A stretch of DNA of 57,705 nucleotides, filler included, from Sphacelaria rigidula (taxonomy: Eukaryota): NCBI GenBank assembly GCA_964200075.2. It is 6 parts of 6 records of this genome, joined end to end, with 100 filler letters (N's around TTAATTAATTAA, not from the genome) between each part and the next. Parts side by side here need not be neighbours in the genome. Positions count along the whole stretch, not along the records: positions 19,271 to 28,804 come from CAXNAA020008275.1; positions 28,905 to 38,438 come from CAXNAA020008276.1; positions 38,539 to 48,072 come from CAXNAA020008277.1; 3 more parts are not named here. One strand, given 5' to 3'. Below the pieces are notes generated by a model. That model was not told the DNA's origin. It did not search any database and saw only the letters and a program-made list of their open reading frames with translations. The position numbers and the translations under genes are program-made. How positions within the stretch are numbered: position 1 is the first letter of the stretch; each line of letters begins with the position of its first letter. This document shows positions 27,008-40,096 of this stretch, in pieces.

Positions 27008-28643
27008 CAAACACGAAACAAAGTCAAACCAGAATCAAAACCAGAAGCAAACGAAAACATCAACATACACATGAACACGAACATAAACATGAACATAAAT
27101 ATGAACAATAATATGAGCAAAAACATGAACAAGAACAAACGCAAACGAAAACGCAAAACAAAACAGAAAAACAAGCAGGAAAGAAATTGATAAGAAATAT
27201 AAAAAGTAGATATTATCGAAGATATATATATATATATTAGCAAAACGAACTAAACCTTGCACATGGCTTCAGGTGGATAAAGGTCGACACAAAAGTCGCA
27301 TGCACCCATACACAAGACAAGACAAAAAACGGTGGAAACACATCAACACGTCGACACCTAGCCGCGACACACGCGTCTTCCGACCTGCCTTTCCTTTCCT
27401 TCCCGAACTTGTTTTCTACTTCCACCTCGACTGGCGAGCAGATGACCCAAACGCACCGGCCTTAGGGGAGGAGGAAATCCTCGCAGCTAAGGCATTGGCG
27501 GTCGAGCAAGAGAAAGCTATGGCCAAGGCGGTCGATTTGGCGATCCCTCGCGTTTGTATGGTGAAAGCTCACTCCGGAAAGGTGGCGGCCACTCGTCAGG
27601 TCGGGGAGGGTGGTCAAGTACTCACGCTGGGTGCTGCCGACAGGTGACCTCTGCAGAGGGTACGGAGAAATAGAATGACACAAACTTGGAGAAAAGTTGT
27701 ACTCATCTAACCTGTGTAGTGCAAATAGAAACTGGACGGCATTCACGGCGACATGTGGTGTTAGCGGGTAGAAGTCTGATGGTTTGAGAAAACCCTGCTA
27801 GGCTAAGAGAAATGCCTAATATTTACGATAGGCAGTGATGTCGTTGAATGTTTAGCCGAAGCAAGCGGAAATAATTGGGGAAATCCACTGATTCGAGGAT
27901 ATCTACTGCTTTTTCGATTAACCGAACGTATCGGGTGAAGCCTTACGGCGCAATAGACCGTTGCAGCGACCCGCCAGGTTGGAGAGGGCTATCAAGTTTG
28001 CTCCGGATGCAATCGATAGACCGGTTTTCTATAACCTAGGACGCGAGTTTGGATGACGGGAAAGAGCGTGGCGAAATCGTGCCGGATACGTCCGCCTGTA
28101 ACGTTAAAGGCATTCTCATGTTCGGTTCGGCGAAGGGATTTGCCCGGTTGAATCAAACATTCGAGCATACGTAATTAGTGCAAGAAAAGAAATTTAATAC
28201 AAACCTTCATATATTGAATTCTATAAATTGCTACCCTTGCGCCACGTGCGCGTATTCGTGGCCCGTGACCGTAGACTACGGGGAGAAATGCGGCAGAAAC
28301 ATTCCAGACCAATCCGCTTGTAGCTGCACGTTGCGAAATACCTGGGGGGTATGTTTGCATGCTCGCACCAAGTGTGGCCAAATGCTTGAAACATTTCAAA
28401 GTATTTTTTGTTACTCCTACGAATATATCTAAAGTATTCGTGCTGTCATCAAGTCAAAAACATTGTGCTCATACCAGGTGCGTGTATCAGTGGACCGTGG
28501 CCTTGGAAGATGGAGAGGAGAGCGGTGAGGACATGCCGGACACACCCGCCTGTAACGCTCCACAGCCCAAGCCCGCCGCGGAAGGAGAAGGTGACGGCGA
28601 AGGGGAGGATGAGCCGGATGACGACGAAGAAGAAAACGTCAAA
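20821..28643 (+). CDS. Multi-exon EML (echinoderm microtubule-associated protein-like) WD40 protein, internal fragment
   Basis: Nine phase-consistent AG/GT exons: 20821-20926, 21079-21266, 21738-21823, 22654-22777, 23490-23645, 24249-24385, 25219-25288, 25921-26143, 27442-27643, plus 28478-28643 as a tenth. Motifs VLVGTLGSDILEL, FVTVGDDGTVRVW, SVAFSPD..FIAVG, CVRFSPTG..LAAGSSDG, MDFTVDGEF, WATSTCT, LLRYP, AHSGKV and DRCVYQW follow EML-type beta-propeller order. Confidence 0.85.
22244..22298. repeat. (GT)n microsatellite
   Basis: Read directly from the sequence. Confidence 0.95.
26585..27250. repeat. A-rich low-complexity tract of mixed microsatellites (AAAAGC, AAAAC, AAAACG, AACAT)
   Basis: Read directly; lies in an intron of the EML-like gene. 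Confidence 0.9.
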
Positions 28644-28904
28644 GTGAGCATTTCAACTCACGGTACATGGCATGTGTACGGCGTAGGCTACTTCACGTAC
28701 ATATCTTCTCCGCACCGTTGATCTCGAGGGTATGGGGTGTACTCATGATCATGCATGCCATAGTCATCAGATTATTGACCTCGCATCCCTACAAAGCCGG
28801 GACGNNNNNNNNNNNNNNNNNNNNNNNNNNNNNNNNNNNNNNNNNNNNTTAATTAATTAANNNNNNNNNNNNNNNNNNNNNNNNNNNNNNNNNNNNNNNN
28901 NNNN

Positions 28905-29235
28905 AGCCTCTCTATTTCATGTCTATGTCCGGGCAGTGTTTTAGTAGGTTAAATAAAAGGGAAGGTTAGCTTCTCTATTTCATGCCTATGTCCGGGCAGT
29001 GTTATGGTAGGTTAAATAAAAAGGAAGGCTAGCTTCTCTCTTTCATGTCTATGTCCGGGCTGTGTTATAGCAGGTTGGATAGAAAGGGGGGCTAGCTTCT
29101 CTCTTTCATGTCTATGTCCGGGCTGTGTTATGGTAGGTTAAATAAAAAGGAGGGTTAGCTGCTCTATTTCATGTCTATGCCCGGGCAGTGTTATAGTAGA
29201 TTAAATAAGAAGGAGGTTAGCTCTTCTATTTCGTG
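28905..29235. repeat. 63-bp minisatellite, about 5.3 copies
   Basis: AGCTTCTCTATTTCATGTCTATGTCCGGGCAGTGTTAT.GTAGGTTAAATAAAA.GGAAGGT units start at 28905, 28968, 29031, 29094, 29157 and 29219. Confidence 0.92.
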
Positions 29236-30239
29236 ACAGTCTGTACTTTTGTCTAGGTTTTGGTGGCTTGTTTTACAGCGCCGTTGCCACTCGACGCCAA
29301 CCCAAGAGTCTAGAGGTGAGGGGGGACACCGCGAGGGGGCGTACTCATTCTGCTTGCCTTAGTCATTTGACCATTGACCACGCAATCCTTCCGAGATGGA
29401 GCACCGTTCCTACTCCTGATAGAGACACCTCCAAAATTTCGGCACCCATTCCGTTTCTTCCATGTATTGCACAAAAACGTTCACATATCCTATCCCCGGC
29501 CTGTTTCGCCGTCTGTGGCCACCAACTATCTCCTAGTGTAGCCATCACTTCTCCGTACTGTCTCACGCATCAAAAGATTTCATGCCACCTTTGTTTACTT
29601 CCTGCATTTCCACCTCAAGCACGTCTCAAGGGTTGAAATGGGACGGGGGACAGGAGAGCAAGGCTGGTACGTGTCTAGCTTCTCGAAACTATCAATGGAG
29701 GGTTGTGGTATTTGGTTACATACGAAAGCTGATGGTCACGTGTGCGGCTTCCGTTCTGTTGCATCTGCGGGGCGCCCTTATGAAAGACGATTATCTTCAG
29801 TTGTACTCGGTGAATCACGGTAACGAATGAAGTCTTGTGCGCCAACGAGTTCTGTGCCATGGACGTTTCTATCACGAGATGTATTCGGATCTATGGACCC
29901 TAAGTTGACCGCATAGGCAGTACTTTCGAAACAGCAGCCCTTGTTAATCGGACCACCCTTTGGCGACTTCTGAATTATCGCTGCGTCTCTACCCTCGAAA
30001 TTTCATGTTCATTATTATCGTAGTTTTCCTTGAACCACTATATGGTGAAACACACAGAGGCAAGTAGTCGAGCTCACTTAGCGTTCGACAAAATCACGAT
30101 CGCCACTTGACGTATCAGTGTCAATTTAGTAGCACCGGTTATAAACACGGGCGGCTCAGCTATTTGTTTTGGGTGCTGAGCGACCCGTGTTCGGATGAAG
30201 GCTGGTCCCATCTTTCTATACCCAGCGACGCACATATTT

Positions 30240-30450
30240 CCCATGACACTATCAACGATGCCCCCTCCCCAAAACCAGCCCAAAAGTGTCACGAAAAAAT
30301 GGCCAGACAGCGCCTGATGCCTGGGTTCAGGCTGCATGAAGCGCCTCATGTTGGCAACATTGGCGAGAACGAACCCAAGCGTGGGAACTCCCAGCTGCTC
30401 GTTGTGCTCGTATTTTCCCATTCCGATTTACGTGAAGATTTTGCCTCCCA
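30240..30450 (+). repeat. Dispersed repeat family A (copies at 38240-38438 on + and about 54770-54915 on -)
   Basis: Shared AAACCAGCCCAAAA.TGT.ACGAA.AAA.TGGCCA.ACAGC...GCATGAAGCGC...AACGAACCCAAGCGTG.GAA.TCC..CTGCTCG.TGTGCTC. Confidence 0.85.
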
Positions 30451-30566
30451 GAACCATGCAGTGTTTTGGGGGAGGCTATCGCAGAAAGTGTCCCATGTCT
30501 CGCCGACGGCTGAGAACCACAGTGTCCGAATTTGTAAGCGAACTTCTCTCAATTGTGTAACTCCAG

Positions 30567-31835
30567 ATCATCACGGCAGACGCTGACGGCACATGTAGAC
30601 TGTGGGATCTCCGCACGTTTTCATGCCTGGATTCATTCACCATGAGGGCGACGGACACTAGCGCGAAGAAAAAGTCGAACAAGAATACGGCTGGAGCTAC
30701 ACGGGTACGGTGATGAGATAGCGGTCGTACAAGGGGATCACTATTTACTGCGTCTACCCCATCCGTAGTTTACCTGCATTATGAGGAACACGCACGGACT
30801 GCGGTAGCCGCAACTTGATATACGTATCCCACCGAACCACGTGTTATCATGACAGGAAACCCTGAGATCCCGGTGATATCCCCTTTAGCCTCGACATCCA
30901 CGATTTTGTTGTTGCATATCTTTTTGCAATTTCAGTATCGTTCGACTGCCCCAGCAGGCATCCACGCGCACGTGCATGACCGTGGTACCACCGTACAAGA
31001 GAGTTCTCGTGGGCGGGCGAACGGTGGACAGGTTTGAGGTGACTGCGTTGTGGTAAAGAATGGGCAGGGGGTGTACTCATTTGTTGCTTGCCTCAGTCAG
31101 TCGTTTGACCGTCGATCACGTTTCCCTTTTGAGACGAAGCATGCAATACGTACTCATGATCTTTCATGCCATAGTCATATGGCCACTGACCTTGCACCCC
31201 TACAAAGCCGGGACGGAGCACGCCGGGTTTTCACCGAACCAGGCTCGCAATCTATCACCGAGCGCGAAGCGCCGTGATCTGTTCGGCGAGTCGCATGAAG
31301 GGTAAGCTACATCCTGCTAAGATTGTTCGACCCAAAGCGTACTGACTATCTTGCATTTGGATGACAGCCTCCAATGAGTTGCTTCATTTTCTGGTATCGC
31401 CACGTCCAGAGACAGCCACGGCTCACACACCACCTCATGGGTGTCTCACCACCTAAACACGACGTAGTATAATCGTCCCCTCTGCGCGGAATCGATGTTC
31501 TCCCATTCCGCACATTATGATTTAGCTCGGCCACCATCATGGTTATCGCAAAAACCCCGCAGGCGCGCGACACAAATCGGTAATCTGTTTGCCCAGCATC
31601 CGCAGTGAGTGGCGTGTTTTATAGCGTCATTGTCAACCGACGCCAATCCCACAGGGGGTCCGTCCCTACAAAGCTGGGACGGAGCACGCCGGGTTTTCGC
31701 CGGACCAAGCGGGGAGAGGGGTGGGGTGGGGGGGGGGGGGGGGGGGGGCCCGCGGCAATGTGGCAGGGGGCCGTTTCCGGGGGTGCCCGCAACCTCCCCA
31801 ACNNGGGNNNNNGGGGGGGCGGCGGGGGGGGGGGG

Positions 31836-31870
<35 letters not shown>

Positions 31871-34800
31871 CGGGGGGGGGAGGGCTATCGGCATTCTTGA
31901 TAGGGTTCGTTTTCATGGTTGACATGACCATAGCGAACACGCGACGTAAAAGAGGAACCTACCCTAGCCCAGGGTTACAACGTTGATGCACTTCAAGTAT
32001 AGCTTGCTATGTTCGATTTTTTTCTTCTACCCATTGAGCCTTGTTTTATACAAGTCGCATGCAGAGCTTAGAAACCCTTTGGTGTGTAGGTAGAAACAAT
32101 GGGTAAAAACGTCGAATCCTCAGCGTGACAATGGGTGGGCATGTTGGGATTTTTTCAGCATCACGTAACGTCTCATCTCTCCTGAATCAGTTGTCGGTAC
32201 GAGCGACGAAAAATCTTCGTTTATAATCCTATCTATTCGCGATTACATTCCACGTCCTCCCACTGAGGTACAGGGGGCGACGTCGAGTCCGTAGCAGGTC
32301 ATTTCAAGAGCGCGACAAACGCTGCCGGCAGAGACGACATTAACGTAACACACCATGCTACTACAACACTTTCCAATACACCGACCGACATGAAGTGCGA
32401 CAGCTGCACCATTTTTGTCGGTGAACAACAGAGTCGCAGCGTTTGCCTTCTTTGTACGCGCCCCTGTCCGGCGGGTAGTTTGTTTTGTCACTGCGTATGC
32501 GTGTGTGCACCCTCGGTCTTGTCGCAGGTGCTTCGAGACGAGTGCGAAGATCTCACAGACGACACGGCGGTGCTCACAGTTATGTTCAACACAACAAACC
32601 TCACCTTTGTCACCGCCTCAGGTAAGACAAGAGCACCGCAACACCAACAGCACCCGAAGCTCCGGTATCCGCGGACAAGTGTGGTTTCGTTGTAATGGAT
32701 ACACCAACCCGGTATTGTTATGTGATGATACCAGCGAGACTTTCTTGTTTCACTTCTAGCCAAACACAAGCGAGACTGCAGGTAGGCACCGTTGCACCGC
32801 TTTACTTCACCGCCGTTTGTTAGCGTATGCTCCCTTCTCGCAATGTTTCCTCTTTCTGCATGTCCGGAGCCGATGCAAGTAGAGCCTAGAGCGGGGCGTC
32901 GCCACGAGTTGTTGTACAGGGATTAACTGTCATTTTGTTTTTCAGCTAGTAGTCCCGTACATTTGTGAGATTGACTTCGCCTTGTTTGTATTTTCGGTTT
33001 TTCATCCTGTGTTTCGTCAGCCTCGGCAGTCAAGGTGTGGGACGGGGCTACCGGGGAGCTTATTTGTGCGGATGCCCAACAATCTCCCGAAAAGATTGCA
33101 GGCGTGAAACCGGAGGTCACCTCCATGTGCCTGGGCACTGAGGGAAGGAGAACAATCGTTGGGGACGATTCGGGTCGTATCAAGGTGGGGATAGAGAAGC
33201 TTGAGCCATCTCGGAGTGTTGATGTAACGTATTGCGACGTCAAAGTACGGTTTGCCAAAAATGTGATGTGTCTGAGGGGCAATCGCTACGTACATCAGCA
33301 TCTCTTCCCCTGCCTCCTCAGCTGTTTCTGTCTTCGTCTGGCTGTCCGTCTGTCCGTCTTTGTTTTCTCTTTGAATTTGTTCCCACTGCACTAGTAAATG
33401 GGTAGCAGACCTCAGGGCTCCTTCTGTTGTTTCAAGTAGTCGATTTGTTGTTAGGCAACCAGCTGTCGAAAACGAAATGATCGCAAGGGCATAGGTCGAC
33501 TTGAATACAAGGTTGTTGACAGTTCACGTTTGGACCACTGGTCTTTGTGTATAGGCAGTGTTCCTTACTACGCATGTTGAAAGTACACTTCCCGTACTAG
33601 TACTCGTATTGCTCGCCTCCACACACGCTAGCGCTGCAGCACCGCAGCGCCGCAGCGCCCGTCACACACACAGCACCCCCTGCCGTTGTGCCGCTTAAAC
33701 ACTTGACACGTACCAGGTGTTCAACGACGTCAATCACTTCGAAATAAAGGACTACAAGTATCCGGAATGCATGGGAAGGGCCCATAAGGGAGACGTTCGA
33801 GCGCTGGTGTTTGTGGAGCAGTACGGTCTTGTGATATCTGCCTCTAGCGACAGATCGCTCGCCATCCACGATGACTCACAGGTCGTTGTGCAGCTAATCG
33901 TTGCGATGTAGTTAACACGTTGGTTTTGTGAATTCTCTGATGAGATCCTTCATTCCCGCTCCTTGTTTTTATTATGGAGGCATTAAGGCATTGAAGCATT
34001 ATTTATCGTTCTGGCTATCCGAGACTCGAAGGTCGGAATGATTGTACATGACATGTGTGTCACGAACACTCGGCGACTGTAGCGAACGCGATGCCCTGTG
34101 TATGCTACACATGGTGAAGTGATCATTGTATGCATTCCATCGAGGCAGTCAACACGTAAATATCTCGTCGACAATTGTTTGCAGTTCGTCATATGATAGT
34201 GCTTGTAACGATGGCTGGGATGTTGGGCATTTAGAAAGCGTAAATATCCTATTCCAGAATGCTGCTGTATTGCAATCGGTTTCGTGAGCTAACCTAACGG
34301 CCTTCTCGCAACCATGGCGTTAATAGTGCAAACACCGTATGTCGTAGGCGAAGAAATGGCACAATTCTCCATCCTCATCTCCCACTTTTCTCTCATATTT
34401 CACAACCTCTCTCGACCTCTCTCGACCTCTCTCGACCTTTCGCACACAAGTAACGAGATGATACAATGAATGACACTACAATACTAATGCACTTCCCCTG
34501 CCACCGCTCCCATCCTTAGCGCGACAATGGAGTTCTGTTACGACGAATCTGCAACGCATCTTGGTCGGAGATAACTGCTGTGCGATACAGCTCACATCTG
34601 GGTCTCATCGCCACAGGCAGTACCGACGGTTCTATTCAGGTGACTGCTGCATCTACTACTTTTTTTCGTCGCCAAAGATGTCGTCATCTTTCCTTCTATC
34701 CATAGTACACTTGTTATGGGGTTGGTCGGGTGCATGGCGGACACGAGGCGGCGAAAACCTACGGAGTGCGTGTGGGTGTAGTGCTACGTGGCATAGAGCG

Positions 34801-36801
34801 AGGACGTGAACGCATAATGATACTGTATCTATCGAGTGGCGGCACACTCGGCAGGAATTGACGCGCCACTTTAGCTTGTGAGATGACGAAGCTCAGGGAA
34901 AAGACGGGAGGGGAGATTCTGAATGTACTGCCGTTACGAAGTCCCAAACACTTACAGAGACGAATCCTGAGTAGGGTAACAAATTAACATGATCGAAGAC
35001 AGGTTATCTACGATTTACTGCCTCCCTTGATCTCCCCGCCGGCACATCCGCACACGGCTCCCGGCAATGTTGCCGCTTTTCTCTATCAACACAACTCAAA
35101 GCAGTTGTGGAATTTCGAGCTGGCGCGACACGAAGGATGCTGTTTAGAGAAGCACAGATATGCCGTTAGCTGCCTGTCGTTTCTTGACCCCTTCCCGGTG
35201 CTTTTTTCGGCTGACGTCGGTGGTTACATGGCATTGTGGGCGCTTCCTCCGGCTAGGAATGGACTCAGGTGAAATGCTGAGGTCGGAATATGTGCCCTGC
35301 ATGTTTCCTCTTGCTATGTCGTACACAAACTTCCGTGTTTTGCATGGGGAACCACGATTTTGTCCCGCTTTTTCTCAGATCCCGGCCCAAGCCGCGACGA
35401 GCACTGTAAAACGTCAGACACTTGGCCTAGACTATGGCTAGCAGGTGTGATGATGTAATGAAGGGCAAATCAGATGCTCACGTGTTGGGAGAGGATAAAC
35501 AACTCGCACGCAACTATAAAACCTGTTGATAAAATTGTAGTTCGGTTGCTGCTGCATATCTCGACAGCAAACAGCGAGTTAACGGCACGTCCGTACACGG
35601 TACAAGCTGTGTCATGTGAATTCATCTGCGCGATGCATGTCGAACTACAGTAGGGATCAACGATGCGAATTGCTCTCTTTTTTCGCCTTCTGCTTCGTCG
35701 TGCTACGCGTTTCCTTTACTTTGGTGTGACCATGATCAGAGCTGTAGCCTCCTACACGCCCCAAAGGGCACGCATATATTGTGCAGTATATAGACTATGC
35801 ATATAAACCCCATGTGCAGATGCTCGAGGATATACTGATCCACCCCGTCTAGTCTCCTTCCATATATCGGTCACAAACGATGTGTGTACTAATGTTGTGA
35901 ACACATCGCGCAGTCAAGATGTGCAGCAATAGATTCTCCATCATTGTGCACGGACAGTGTGTCTAAGGACGACAGTTTGGTAAAAAAGGCTTATAGCTGT
36001 CGATACACCGAGCTACAAGCCTCGAAGAACGCTGTGGGTACATGATTGCTGTACGGTCCAAAAGACTCGCCTCGATTTAGTACATGCAAGAGCGGCAAGT
36101 TTGACCATTGCGCTTAATGTTTGGCTCATGATTGGCGCCACGCACCGTGTTTGGTACTTGAGCGGGAAGCTACACACGTAATGCGTCGTGGTGTCAACTG
36201 ATAACGTCATACAGGTTCAAGCGCCTGTTCACATGGATCAACAAACAACCCAGATCGACAGATCCGTACGCTCAGGGAGGTGGAATCGATGGAACCATCC
36301 CTGTGGCCGTGACGGCCGTACAATGCCAGGTAAATTGGACAATACTCGCGGAGACTATCCATGGCTATACTCTGGGCCAATATTTACTGTACCAATGTTT
36401 GAAGAAGACCGTTCCACCGTGTAAGGAGCAGTGAGGGTCGACGAAGTTGAAAACACTCTAGTATCGCTCGGGTCACGGATGCCCTCGCCTGCTGTTCCCA
36501 GACCTTAACAAAATCATCAACCAAGTAATCAAGTGTCTCGACGCTGCATCCGAGGCCAAAGTTAGCGCACGATATGCAGTATAGTCAATACCGCCCCCAT
36601 CCGAACCGTGTTGTTCCGATGTGACTTGCAGGCCAATCACTCGGCGCACGACGAAGTCCCGTGCCGTCTTCCGAGTGCGCGCGTGCAGACGCACGAAACG
36701 CGACCTATGCCGTGGTACCCCTCCCCCTCGCACCCCCCCCCCACTCCTGTTTCGTCTTCTCAACGACGCGTGGCGAACGATCCAACAACCTGGGGCATGC
36801 G

Positions 36802-36861
<60 letters not shown>

Positions 36862-38144
36862 ACAGTCCTTCACCTCGACCCGCGTTATTTGCTGCTTTTT
36901 TTTGCTGCGATGGCACCACCAGATTGAGATGATAGCAAACTCGGTCGCTTCAATCAGCAGCTCTGCCACTTCTGCGGGCAACGTGGACTCTCAAGAGCTG
37001 GGAGACGTTCCCCTGTCGTTCGATGATCAAAGTAACGATTATGCTGAGGAGGACGAAGCTAGCAGCGAAGAAAGTGCAAACGATCCGGAAGGTATGAATA
37101 TATGAATGTAGATGAGTTGTCGACTTGTATCGATCAAGATATCGGTACATCGCAGTGTCAACCGTACATGGTATTATCAATCGCCATGTCAATACCTGTA
37201 TTGATGAGCCGAGTACCATATGTCGCCAATTTCCGTACGTGATTGCGCATCTCAAGAACCTACAGGGAACGGAGAACAGGCTGGTAGCGGTGACGCGAAC
37301 GGGAATGATGCTGAACGTAATAAAGCGGCAAACAGTGGAATGATTTGCAACGGTGCCGACGGAAGCGGGGGAGATAAGAGAGGCGGGAAAAAAAGCGATA
37401 AAAGCAGCCGACTTGCTGGTGCTGCTGCTGAAGCTGATCCTAATGCCGATGGCGATGCTGACGCCAACAGGACGGTTGTTGGCGAAAAAAGAGATGGGGC
37501 AGACGGGGGCGGTGATCGTGAACGCACTGTGCAGCCAGGCTCAGTATCGCAGTAAGATACTCTTTCAACGTAGACAAAAGCTCCACTCAGTAACGTCCGA
37601 TAGAGCCACAATGTTAGCTCAAGTACGAGTTTTGTCCATCCAGCTTCTTCCCTCAAGTCGGAAGGAAAATGAGGTCTTTCTGGTACAGTGTCATAGTAAC
37701 GTCGAGAGGTGGTGATTCCCTTCAGAGCGAGCACTACACTTGTCATCCCCCTGTTTATTTGTCTCTTCTCCAGCTGGCCAGAACTAGGGGTTGCTGCATC
37801 TCCTCGGAGGGACGGCATCATGTCATGTATTCCAACCGCATGGAGTTGTAAGCGAACCAATCGTATGGGTAGAAATGCAAGCGTCCAGTGATAGAGGAAC
37901 CAAGTGGAGATCATGTAATGCCTCGACTTTTGAAGAGATCAGATTGCTCCTTCGTCAATCTCTGTTTACTCCTCTGCTCATGTGCAAGCCGGGTTCCTCT
38001 CTTTCTCTCCCATATCTTGCCTGCTCACGCCAGATTTGGAAGCTCCAGTGCCAGCCCCGACGCGTCTGGTCAGAGTAGTCACGATACCTCGTTCCAAGAA
38101 CGCCTCGCCGCGACGTTCCGCAAGTACCAAGGACCTAGACATAG
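30567..38144 (+). CDS. Multi-exon WD40-repeat protein, internal fragment (resembles WDR49/WDY-type EF-hand WD40 proteins)
   Basis: Phase-consistent AG/GT exons: 30567-30709 (IITADADGTCRLWDLRTFSCL), 30936-31038, 32528-32621, 33021-33184 (VKVWDGATGEL...IVGDDSGRIK), 33717-33881 (AHKGDVRAL...ISASSDRSL), 34520-34639 (LIATGSTDGSIQ), 35105-35268 (FLDPFPVLFSADVGG), 36215-36329, 36923-37091, 37266-37551, 38034-38144. Family assignment is tentative. Confidence 0.8.
31303..31650 (+). repeat. Dispersed repeat family B (inverted copy at about 47715-48070; related pieces near 28735, 29337, 31067 and 55345)
   Basis: CCTGCTAAGATTGTTCGACCCAAAGC.TACTGA.TATCTTGCAT.TGGATGACAGCCT.CAATGAG...GAGTGGCGTGTTT.ATAGCGTCAT is shared with the reverse complement of 47715-48070. 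Confidence 0.85.
36805..36859. repeat. (CA)n microsatellite
   Basis: Read directly from the sequence. Confidence 0.95.
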
Positions 38145-40096
38145 GTAAGCTATTGTGGTATTTTCTTGTGCAGGGCGCCGGGTGCATATATGGTATAGTG
38201 TAGTGTTGCACTCTACCGCCGACACTTTCTACGATAATCCCCTCCCGAAACCAGCCCAAAACTGTGACGAAGAAAATGGCCATACAGCGCCTGATATTTG
38301 GTTTCAGGCTGCATGAAGCGCTTCATATATGGGCGACATTGGCGAAAACGAACCCAAGCGTGGGAATTCCCAGCTGCTCGTTGTGCTCGGCTTTTTTCAT
38401 TTCGATCAACGTGTAGATCTTTTCCTCCAAAACCAGTCNNNNNNNNNNNNNNNNNNNNNNNNNNNNNNNNNNNNNNNNNNNNTTAATTAATTAANNNNNN
38501 NNNNNNNNNNNNNNNNNNNNNNNNNNNNNNNNNNNNNNCTGATGCGCACCGCCTCTTTCCCCTCGCTGTCGCTGGCACCTTTTCCACGAACCAGACGAAC
38601 CTCCCCGACGGAGACACGATCGAGCTCAACAAGGCCTTGGAGGATGTCGTGTCTAATGTCGCCGGAGTCGAGAGTGCCCAGCTGCTCGGCATGATGAGTC
38701 CTCTTTTCGATCGTGGGTACCCGCCTAGTGTTGAATGTGTCGGTATCGTCTTCGCGTGGTGCCAAGTAAATGGATACGTTTGGAAGCATCATCCCCACAC
38801 GGGACAAAAGGACGTCTTGTTTGCGCCAGTTTCTAATTTGAAGTTGTTGAAATTCGCCCAACTGTACTGAAGCGCCCGATTTATCGACTGTAACCTGCCC
38901 CATTACTTCTTGCGATCGCCCGTACCCTTCGCCACTGCCCCCGATCTGTCATTTCCGCAGTATCATGCAGAAGACGTGCAAGACGCATCTCTTTCAAGTG
39001 TCGACGCTCGGCGTGACATCAAATTGCGCAGAATCAGCGATTTGTGTAGGCCACGTACTGTCCCTCAAGGAGGACAGCACGGATGGGGTAGAGGTGGAGC
39101 AGGAGCGGCGGTCTTGAAGTCTACCGAGACCCAGCGTCCGGTGTTCGTTGTACTGTTGATTGCTGTTCAGCACAGCATGACGGTTTGTTTTTGGTTAGCC
39201 AGTTCCAAGTGCTCCCGGTGTTTTGCAGCCGATTTGCTGATGCGGTAGCATTTGTTTTCCCCGTGTTGATGGCTTATGAGCTATTCTTGATGGGTGCGTC
39301 GGCACACGTTTCGGGTGCATTTTCGGAAATCCGATGCGGTTGGCAAGAGTCCCTGGCAAAATCGATTTGCTGCAGCTCATAGACGGGAGGCGCTCCATTG
39401 GCTTCGTGCAAGAGAATTTGTTATGATCCGCTGCCATCAAGGGTGAGATCATGTAACAAAACCCAGCGTCCCGCCACGTTTTTCGACTTTTCTCGGCACG
39501 AAAAGGCGGGATATCAGCAGTCATATCACACGCAATGACTTGCGCTTTCAAAAACAACGACGGAAACTGCGGCGGGATTGTTGAACAGAAAAGTGATTTC
39601 AAGAGATCCACGAGTCCCACGTCCACACGACGAATGGTGGCATCAACTGCATTTGCGAATGAATTCGGGCACAACCTGGCTAAATCGTATCTCTTACTCG
39701 AACCACACGACTCACACTACTTTGGAGACATCTTGAACGGTGCATTTTTCCACAAATGCGACCTGTGGGCCAGCGCGCAACATTTTTGAACATTATTCTG
39801 TCATTCCATTCCGGCAACGGGTGGCAGGAATTTTCCAACATGCTACATATGTAAACGTTTCGTCTCATTATCGGAACCGGCGCAGCGGGACATGTGATGA
39901 ATAAAACCTCACTCTCAATCGTACTTTCAACGCTCGATTTCACGTAAGCAATGTTAGGTTTGCCGGCAGGATTTTGCACCAATGTGCGAGGTGAGCGTTA
40001 TGTCCATTATTGATGCAGACACACCCGGCCGCTGAAAGCCATGAAAAGCCTGCTCTCAATCGTATCGTAGATTCTCAATCTCACGAAAACATTGTT

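Noticed and set aside
26469-27262. Hydrophobic F/L/C-rich membrane-protein-like ORFs (also 9584-10018)
   Set aside because: Translations of low-complexity T-rich strands.
28905-29235. CRISPR-like array
   Set aside because: Units are contiguous 63-bp repeats without unique spacers, there are no cas genes, and the context is eukaryotic.
31720-31885. G-quadruplex or Gly/Pro-rich coding region (also 9636-9665 and 55188-55350)
   Set aside because: Poly-G runs with Ns look like low-quality base calls or gap fills.
20821-38144. A single giant WD40 gene spanning contigs 3 and 4
   Set aside because: An artificial linker separates them and the motifs point to different WD40 families.
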